Of a stretch of 64,000 bases of DNA, positions 57,894 to 64,000 are shown one piece after another (positions within the stretch are counted from its first letter, which is position 1; the number at the start of each line of letters is the position of its first letter). The notes under the pieces are model-generated. The model searched no databases and was not told the origin of the DNA. It saw only the letters and a list, made by a program, of their open reading frames with translations. This stretch comes from Pseudomonadota bacterium (lineage in GTDB: Bacteria > Bdellovibrionota > Bdellovibrionia > Bdellovibrionales > Bdellovibrionaceae). The stretch spans positions 32,001-96,000 of the forward strand of contig JBEGVH010000010.1 in the NCBI GenBank assembly GCA_041178425.1, written 5' to 3'. The position numbers and the translations under genes were made by a program.

Positions 57894-59390
57894 TTAAAGA
57901 TTATAATCTTTGGCGTTAATTCCATATTTCTCTATTTTTCTCAATAGAGTCTTCTTAGGAATATTAGCATGGAGTGCCGTTTGATTGATTCTTCCGTTAA
58001 AGGCTTTTAGAGCCCTAATAATGAACTCCTTCTCAAAAGCTTCCTTTTGCATATTAAAATCGAGAGCCGAGTCTGATGAGAGCGTACCGATGTCCCCGAT
58101 CTCGTTATCGTCTTCTTCAGCCTCTTCGAAAGAGTGACTGTCGAGAGCTGACACCTCTAGGGGTCCATTCTTATCTGTATCTAAAGTTAGATTCTGCCAA
58201 GTTTTGAGATTGACTCCCACGGATTGTAAAACAAATTCGGGCAAGGAACCTAATGTGACTCGCTGAGAATTTTCCATGACAAAAGCATGCTCGATCACAT
58301 TCTCAAGTTCACGAATGTTTCCAGGCCAATCATAGCGGCTCAACACCTGCATGGCCGCAGGATCGACTCCAGTCAATTTTTTACCATGCATCTGATTAAA
58401 TTTACGAACAAAGACATTGATCAAGGTTGGAAGGTCCTCGCGCCTCTCGGCAAGCTGAGGCAAAAATATCGGAATAACATTGAGACGATAAAACAAATCT
58501 TCTCTAAACTTACCCTGTTTAATCATGTCTTCGAGAGGCCGATTCGTTGCTGCAATGATGCGGACATTCGAATGAATCTCTCTCAAAGATCCCACTGGAG
58601 TAAACAGTTTCTCCTGAAGAACCCGAAGTAGTTTTACTTGCATATGCAGTGGCAAGTCTCCCACTTCGTCTAAGAAAAGGGTCCCACCCTCGGCAAATTG
58701 AAATTTACCAATCTTTCTTTGATCAGCCCCGGTGAATGAGCCCTTCTCGTGGCCAAAAAACTCCGATTCAAAAAGGTTCTCCGGTATTGCGGAACAATTC
58801 ACAGCAACGAACTTTTCGTCTTTTCTACCTGAATTAAAATGGATAGCTTTCGCGACCACTTCTTTTCCGGTGCCTGAAGCTCCTCGGATCAGTACTGGGG
58901 TGTCGACTTTTGAGACCCGGTCGATGATATTAAAGACTTTTTGCATCTGTGCTGTATTGCCAATAATTTTGCGACCCTGATCCATGAGCACAGGCGCAGA
59001 AACAGCCACATTCGAAATAAGAGAGTGCGCCTCCAGAGCCTTGTCGAGGATCATTATAAGATCATCACCGCTTACCGGCTTTGCTAGGTAATTATAGGCT
59101 CCATCTTTGACAGCCTGAACGGCACTATCGATAGTGGCAAACGCCGTCATGATTAGTACAATTATTTCTGGATTCTTTGCTTTAATCTGACGAAGGGCCT
59201 CAAGGCCATTCATGCGAGGCATGTCTACGTCGAGAAGGATCACGTCATAGGGTTGCTGTAGGTTTTTTTCAACGGCGTCTATTCCGTCAAAGGCTTCATC
59301 GATCTCAAAACGTCCAGAGCTCTGCAAGATTCCCCGCAGACCTTTTCTAAGACCCTCATCATCATCAACCACTAAAACTCTCAGAGCCAT
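57894..59390 (-). CDS. Sigma54-dependent response regulator (NtrC/AtoC family)
   Basis: REC domain (VVDDD, DVDMP, KP), AAA+ domain (GASGTGKE, GSFTGA, WPGNIRELEN) and a Fis HTH. Confidence 0.93.
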   Translation of the reverse strand: MALRVLVVDDDEGLRKGLRGILQSSGRFEIDEAFDGIDAVEKNLQQPYDVILLDVDMPRMNGLEALRQIKAKNPEIIVLIMTAFATIDSAVQAVKDGAYNYLAKPVSGDDLIMILDKALEAHSLISNVAVSAPVLMDQGRKIIGNTAQMQKVFNIIDRVSKVDTPVLIRGASGTGKEVVAKAIHFNSGRKDEKFVAVNCSAIPENLFESEFFGHEKGSFTGADQRKIGKFQFAEGGTLFLDEVGDLPLHMQVKLLRVLQEKLFTPVGSLREIHSNVRIIAATNRPLEDMIKQGKFREDLFYRLNVIPIFLPQLAERREDLPTLINVFVRKFNQMHGKKLTGVDPAAMQVLSRYDWPGNIRELENVIEHAFVMENSQRVTLGSLPEFVLQSVGVNLKTWQNLTLDTDKNGPLEVSALDSHSFEEAEEDDNEIGDIGTLSSDSALDFNMQKEAFEKEFIIRALKAFNGRINQTALHANIPKKTLLRKIEKYGINAKDYNL

Positions 59391-59460
59391 AAATCCCCCG
59401 CTCTTAACCCACTGTTGGGATGGGAGATAAATATCTCAATACCTTAAAATAACAAGAATA

Positions 59461-59488
59461 AAAAAGTTGGGACAAAGCCCAACTTTTT
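59461..59488 (-). terminator. Intrinsic-terminator-like hairpin between the kinase and regulator genes
   Basis: AAAAAGTTGGG-ACAAAG-CCCAACTTTTT inverted repeat. Confidence 0.6.
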
Positions 59489-59571
59489 CTAATGGCGAGA
59501 GCGAATCAAACTGACACTTTTACCTTGAATACGGATCGGCCATGCATTTTTTTCAGCTTTTGTCGTTCAAA

Positions 59572-61449
59572 CTAGGTTAAAACAGGCAGCTCGATCGTAA
59601 ACGTTGAGCCTTTATTTTCGGCACTTATCGCTGATATTTTACCTTTATGAAGCTCCACAAAATATTTTGATAAGTAGAGTCCCAATCCCGAGCCTTTAAC
59701 AGGAGAGTTCTTAGCCTTTCGGCTTCGAAAGAATTTCATGAAAAGGCGAGGCATTTCGTCATCTGGGATGCCGATACCCTGATCAGAAACTTGAATAAGA
59801 ACGCGGTTGTCTTTTTCCTCTGTTCTAATCTTAATTTTTGAATCATTGGGGCTGTACTTGATAGCGTTCTCAATCAAATTGAGAAGCACTTGGCGGATAA
59901 GATCTGCGTCCAATCTCAAGCTAAAAAGTGGTTCCAGCTCTTTTACTATTTTTATTTTTTTCTCTTTGGCCAAATAATCTGTCTTTTGTAGAACTTCTTC
60001 GATGAGAGCATTGATATCTTTGCTCTTTAAATTTAACTGAACCCCTTCACTCTCAATCCGACTGAAGTTCAAAATTGAACTAATAAACCCAAGCAAATCA
60101 TCCGTCGATTTTTGAATCGATTTCAACGCTTGCTTTTGATCATCACTCAAAGGATTTTTATCCCTGAGGACAATTTCTAGCATGCCACTAATTCTTGCTA
60201 GAGGAGTCTTTAGATCATGTGACATCATTCCAATAAAGTTTGATTTAAGCTCCTCCACTTGAGTGAGTAGCTTATTTTTGTGATAGAGCTCCCAACTGCG
60301 ACGATTCTCAACAATAAGGCGATAGGGGATCAAAAAATAGTAGGCCACAAAGATTCCCAGGAGGGGCTGTGCCATGTTCACCCAGTAACCATAGGGCCAA
60401 AATGCAACAAATGTTGCTACCGCAAATAGTAAAACTGACAAGCCAAGAACCATGAGGCCTTTTACTGGAGTCATCGACAAAACGACTTCGACGGTCAGCA
60501 GAACCAAAGTGACAAGCAACAAGATATTAAGCCATTGCGGAACCTTTTGCACACCCGAATTGTGAATCATGGTATTCAACATATTGGCATGAGCCTCGGT
60601 GACTGTCATGGCAGTGACATCGCGGGAGTAAGAGGTGCGGATGTATTCGTGAGTGCTTTCACCCAACTCCGTCCCGATAAAAATGACCTTATTGGTGAAT
60701 TGACCGCTTTCAACCTTACTATTTATGACATCAATAAAATTTGATCGAGAAAAGGATCCCGTGGGAGCCATGTCGATATAGGATTGCTCGCTATCGTAGA
60801 AGTCGAACTTTCCATGAACGGCCTTAATTGAACCTCGCTCGGGAAACAACTGACCTGCCAAGTAGGGATGAAACATCGTTGTACCCTGATAACTTAACAT
60901 CATTCGACGAGTTACACCATCTTGAGCGAGAACTTTAGTATCTGATGTGATCGGACCTGACATAACATGAATTTTATTGAATGGCTCAGGTAAATCTAAT
61001 TTACCTTGTTCGCCTTTCATAGCTAACTCATTAGTAACAAAGTAGACATTTTGCAGACTATCAATCACTGCAACGAAAGCCGCCTTTTCCTCTTCTGTAC
61101 CAACGAGTTCTGCTGGATTCACAACGTAAACAACGGCCTTGGGACCTTCCTCTTTGAGCTTCGAAAGAAGAGCCGTATGATCGGCAATAGTGGGCACTCT
61201 TTTAAGGGCTTCTACAGACGACGGTTCGATCAAGACCAGTTCAATCAAGCCGGTGGTCAGAGGTGCTGATCGAATCACTGTTCGAACGTCATAAAGATAC
61301 GATTCAAAAAAATCGAGGGGTAAGAAAATTATACCGACAGCTAACGCTACGGCCATAAGCCATCGAACGAGTCTGGTCGAAAGTTTCTCTTTAGCATCCA
61401 TACTAATATTTTCAACGCGTCCTTGTGTATTTTCCAAAGTATTACCCAT
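59572..61449 (-). CDS. CHASE2-domain sensor histidine kinase
   Basis: N-terminal TM; CHASE2-like region (DGVTRR, KVIFIG, EAHANMLN); three TMs; MSHDLKTPL H-box; NLIENAIKYS, DQGIGI and GSGLGL. Confidence 0.9.
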   Translation of the reverse strand: MGNTLENTQGRVENISMDAKEKLSTRLVRWLMAVALAVGIIFLPLDFFESYLYDVRTVIRSAPLTTGLIELVLIEPSSVEALKRVPTIADHTALLSKLKEEGPKAVVYVVNPAELVGTEEEKAAFVAVIDSLQNVYFVTNELAMKGEQGKLDLPEPFNKIHVMSGPITSDTKVLAQDGVTRRMMLSYQGTTMFHPYLAGQLFPERGSIKAVHGKFDFYDSEQSYIDMAPTGSFSRSNFIDVINSKVESGQFTNKVIFIGTELGESTHEYIRTSYSRDVTAMTVTEAHANMLNTMIHNSGVQKVPQWLNILLLVTLVLLTVEVVLSMTPVKGLMVLGLSVLLFAVATFVAFWPYGYWVNMAQPLLGIFVAYYFLIPYRLIVENRRSWELYHKNKLLTQVEELKSNFIGMMSHDLKTPLARISGMLEIVLRDKNPLSDDQKQALKSIQKSTDDLLGFISSILNFSRIESEGVQLNLKSKDINALIEEVLQKTDYLAKEKKIKIVKELEPLFSLRLDADLIRQVLLNLIENAIKYSPNDSKIKIRTEEKDNRVLIQVSDQGIGIPDDEMPRLFMKFFRSRKAKNSPVKGSGLGLYLSKYFVELHKGKISAISAENKGSTFTIELPVLT

Positions 61450-61481
61450 TCTTAGGTTTACTTGAAAAATAACTAAGAGGC

Positions 61482-61643
61482 CTAATCTCGGTCAATGATA
61501 TTCCCTGTAGGAATGCAACCCAGGCCTTCGGTCGTTGGGATGAAAGTCTTAGCACTCTCTCCTGATTTGATAACCCGACTCGATGAAGGGGTAGCTTTTT
61601 TCTTGCTCGTCAATTTTGGTTTACAAATCTTAATATGCTTCAC
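61482..61643 (-). CDS. Putative RiPP precursor peptide, 53 aa (MKHIKICKPKLTSKKKATPSSSRVIKSGESAKTFIPTTEGLGCIPTGNIIDRD)
   Basis: AGGAG RBS (61652-61656) 8 nt before GTG at 61643; 14-nt overlap with the radical SAM 3' end; ranthipeptide-type MKHIKI leader. The ORF track overextends this ORF to 61805. Confidence 0.7.
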   Translation of the reverse strand: MKHIKICKPKLTSKKKATPSSSRVIKSGESAKTFIPTTEGLGCIPTGNIIDRD

Positions 61644-62922
61644 CGTTAAAACTCCTGTATTTTTCATAGTAAATAAATAGTGTTGAGATTGTATTTTTAG
61701 TTCTATCGCAAAAGTCCTGATCGACACGATCTTTGGAATGGGTACCCCGACTATGGATATACTGACACCCTCCGCCACATAGGAAGCGCGCCCAACAGCT
61801 TCCACAGTTCCGACTTTGCAGTTGAGACTGAGCGTATTTTGGGAGATTCACCAAAACACTCTCTCTCTCCTGACCTAAGCTTAATTGCCTATCACTGATC
61901 TCCCAAGGACAACTGAACAAAGAGCCCCTTGCATCCATCGAGAGCATGGACTTTCCGGCACCGCAGAAATTTTCCACCCGCACCTGATCGTCTAATCGCT
62001 GGAAGATCGAATCAAAATGACGAATCTTGCGTAACTCACACTCTCCGCCAATAGCATCGGCCAATGCAGCGACCTCCGACAATTCTTTTGCAAAACTTTT
62101 ACTGGCTTCCGAATCGAAATCCGTATGAGAGAAGTTCAGTTCATAAAAATCGAAGTTCCATCGGCGAAAATAATCATAAGTCTGAACAATCTCGAGATGA
62201 TCCTTATGAAAAACTGCAGACAGTCCTACGCTTGGAAGCTGTTCTTTTATTAATGAGAGTTGTTTAAGGCCAGCCTCGAGGATAGAACTTGAGGGAGTGC
62301 CAGCCTTGGTTGGACGAAACTTATCTTGAACGTGCGGTGGACCATCTACGCTGACTGTGACTGCTATTTTAAACTTTATCAAGAGGGCTAAAACAGAAAC
62401 GTCTAAAAGACGCGTCCCATTCGTCACTACAGCAAACCGAACATTGATTTTATTAGTGGCCCCAAAATCTTGGGCCCATTGCGCCACTTGGCTAATAGTC
62501 TCAGGATAGAGGAGAGGCTCCCCTCCTAAGAAGTTTATTTGAAAACTTGTGCCCTCTTCACATTGGCGGATCAGCCACTCTAATTGCGGAAGTCCTTTTT
62601 TTAAATCAAACTTAACTTGAGGGTCGCCATAGGTGCCGTCACCCCCCGCCGCACAATAGGTGCATTTTAAATTACAGAGTTGGGTTGCATTTACGGTGAT
62701 GGTTCGAATTTTTTGAGCAAGCGTAGAGGTTTTGCAGCTCTCACTAACAGATTCAGACCAAGACTTTAGTTCAGTTAATTCTTCAGATTGCTTACCCGCT
62801 TCAAAGGAATCGACAAGCGAAGGGCTCAAGCGAGCCACCTCAAGATTCACATTGTGAAACCCTACAAATTCATTTGGCCCCGTTTTAAAGATGGAAACAT
62901 TTCCGAATTGAGCTGGTGTCAT
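61630..62922 (-). CDS. Radical SAM/SPASM peptide maturase (CteB/QhpD-like)
   Basis: CNLKCTYC, FLGGEPLL, VTNG and SVDG; SPASM CGAG...C and CGSCWARFLCGGGC...C; about 70-aa N-terminal extension consistent with an RRE. Confidence 0.88.
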   Translation of the reverse strand: MTPAQFGNVSIFKTGPNEFVGFHNVNLEVARLSPSLVDSFEAGKQSEELTELKSWSESVSESCKTSTLAQKIRTITVNATQLCNLKCTYCAAGGDGTYGDPQVKFDLKKGLPQLEWLIRQCEEGTSFQINFLGGEPLLYPETISQVAQWAQDFGATNKINVRFAVVTNGTRLLDVSVLALLIKFKIAVTVSVDGPPHVQDKFRPTKAGTPSSSILEAGLKQLSLIKEQLPSVGLSAVFHKDHLEIVQTYDYFRRWNFDFYELNFSHTDFDSEASKSFAKELSEVAALADAIGGECELRKIRHFDSIFQRLDDQVRVENFCGAGKSMLSMDARGSLFSCPWEISDRQLSLGQERESVLVNLPKYAQSQLQSRNCGSCWARFLCGGGCQYIHSRGTHSKDRVDQDFCDRTKNTISTLFIYYEKYRSFNGEAY

Positions 62923-62965
62923 TTTGACTTCGAATTCCCCTTCTTCATTGCTGCTTTACCAGAAT

Positions 62966-62981
62966 TGCAAAAAGAGTGCCT
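62966..62981 (-). promoter_or_regulatory. Sigma54 -24/-12 promoter of the radical SAM operon
   Basis: AGGCACTCTTTTTGCA has the exact GG-N10-GC spacing and matches TGGCAC-N5-TTGCW, 44 nt upstream of the ATG. Confidence 0.75.
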
Positions 62982-63039
62982 CGCATTTTAGAACAATTGG
63001 CTCCGGGGACTGAGAATATGACCATCAGCCCTGTCTTCA

Positions 63040-63057
63040 TTTCACGAGCCCATGAAA
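63040..63057. promoter_or_regulatory. Candidate enhancer (UAS) palindrome
   Basis: TTTCACG-AGCC-CATGAAA (one mismatch), about 60-75 nt upstream of the -24 element. Confidence 0.35.
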
Positions 63058-63074
63058 GTATTATCATACAACGA

Positions 63075-63095
63075 AGGGGCAATAGGATTGCCCCT
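63075..63095 (-). terminator. GC-rich hairpin after the upstream gene
   Basis: AGGGGCAAT-AGG-ATTGCCCCT just past the stop codon at 63101; weak U tract. Confidence 0.5.
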
Positions 63096-63100
63096 GAGTG

Positions 63101-63490
63101 TTAATTCATCTTGGTTTTGACTTTAAAGCTCGCCGAGGAAGAGCAGACATGCCCCTCTGCGCCTGAGGACACACAAGACATCTTACCGCAGTCCATAGAG
63201 ATGATTTTATTGTCTTTATTAAGCTCTTTTAGTTCCTTTTTCCAATCGGCACAGGCTTTTTTCCAAGAGCCGCGGGCTTCCTTAATTAAAACACTCGGAT
63301 CGCCTTCGATCTCTGCGCTTCCGCTGACGATCTCGAACAATCTGTCTCCCTTGGCGACTGAATCGCCCTTTCGAATAGAGATTGTCGTCTCTTCGTTCGT
63401 TGGTATATCGGTTACGGCCGTCTTTTGCGCCAAAGAAAGAGTCGCATTTAAGCTGATTGCAACACAAATCCAAACACTTATTTTTCTCAT
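63101..63490 (-). CDS. Hypothetical secreted protein with four Cys in the mature part
   Basis: AGGAG RBS; signal peptide ending SLA; follows the PBP gene. Confidence 0.7.
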   Translation of the reverse strand: MRKISVWICVAISLNATLSLAQKTAVTDIPTNEETTISIRKGDSVAKGDRLFEIVSGSAEIEGDPSVLIKEARGSWKKACADWKKELKELNKDNKIISMDCGKMSCVSSGAEGHVCSSSASFKVKTKMN

Positions 63491-63502
63491 TGAAACTATC
63501 TC

Positions 63503-64000
63503 CTATTTTTTAAAAATCAGGTCGATTTCTTCTGGCTCTTGCGTCTCTTTTTCAGACCAGAAACCTTGGGTTTTTAACTCAGACGTAGAAACTTTTCTTA
63601 ATTCGACTTCGTCGGTCCATGGAAAATCTCTCACCTGATCAAATCTCGTGGCTTCGTTCATAAAGGCCAGCCATGCCGGCAGCGAGCCACTTGCTCCTGT
63701 TAAACCGGTAGACGTATTGTTATCGAACCCAGTCCATACGACAGTTAATAAATCGGGGGTGAAGCCGACAAACCAGGTGTCGCGATTTTCGTTCGTCGTA
63801 CCGGTCTTACCTGCAACAACCTTAGGAAATCCCGATAAGGTAATTCGTCTCGCCGTACCACTAATAGAGGTCTGCTTTAGCATACCAATCAGAGTTTGAG
63901 TTGCTGTCGAAGACAATTTGTTGTCAATGGGACGATCGTTTCCATCCCAAACAATTTTTCCCTCTGGGTCAGTGATATAATCCAAAAAAGTAATATCCAG
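63503..64000 (-). CDS. Class A penicillin-binding protein, C-terminal transpeptidase part (5' end outside the window)
   Basis: GTA, AGKTGTTN, DTWFVGFTP, VWTGFD and TGASG.LP.W..FM. Confidence 0.9.
   Translation of the reverse strand: MDITFLDYITDPEGKIVWDGNDRPIDNKLSSTATQTLIGMLKQTSISGTARRITLSGFPKVVAGKTGTTNENRDTWFVGFTPDLLTVVWTGFDNNTSTGLTGASGSLPAWLAFMNEATRFDQVRDFPWTDEVELRKVSTSELKTQGFWSEKETQEPEEIDLIFKK

Noticed and set aside
61644..61805. N-terminal extension of the 107-aa ORF called at 61482..61805
   Set aside because: It lies wholly inside the radical SAM gene in another frame. The strong RBS and GTG at 61643 give a more credible start.
62919..62948. Micro-ORF MKKGNSKSK overlapping the radical SAM start, considered as a precursor or leader peptide
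   Set aside because: Only 9 aa, with no RBS and no Cys or aromatic residue; it is probably chance.

Overview
Chromosomal window of a flagellated Gram-negative bacterium. Gene content and order suggest Bdellovibrionota/Bdellovibrionales; this is an inference, not a verified assignment. The window is gene-dense, and I saw no rRNA, tRNA, CRISPR array, prophage or IS element. From left to right it holds: partial tig; an ArsA/Get3-like ATPase pair, a TPR lipoprotein and gshA; cell-envelope genes (SleB-like hydrolase, manC, O-antigen ligase, LysM lytic transglycosylase, dacB); a fusion of a degenerate LspA, a HAMP-like segment and a degenerate methyltransferase; a DnaQ-WYL nuclease; motAB; dsbD; the fliLMNOPQR-flhBA-flhFG-fliA operon behind a sigma54 promoter; suhB and a SPOR protein; a lipoprotein/beta-barrel trio; addBA; a cheY-cheX-FIST(NosP)-CheA-like kinase-GGDEF module; a c-type cytochrome plus heme-motif porin operon; a Xer recombinase; a sigma54 activator; lgt-lspA; and a partial class A PBP. 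The best candidate for a new system is at 57.9-63.1 kb. There a sigma54 promoter precedes an RRE/SPASM radical SAM enzyme overlapping a 53-aa peptide gene that the ORF track mis-starts. The peptide begins MKHIKI, like ranthipeptide leaders, but lacks the six-Cys SCIFF core. A CHASE2 histidine kinase and a sigma54-dependent response regulator follow directly, which suggests a RiPP signalling circuit.
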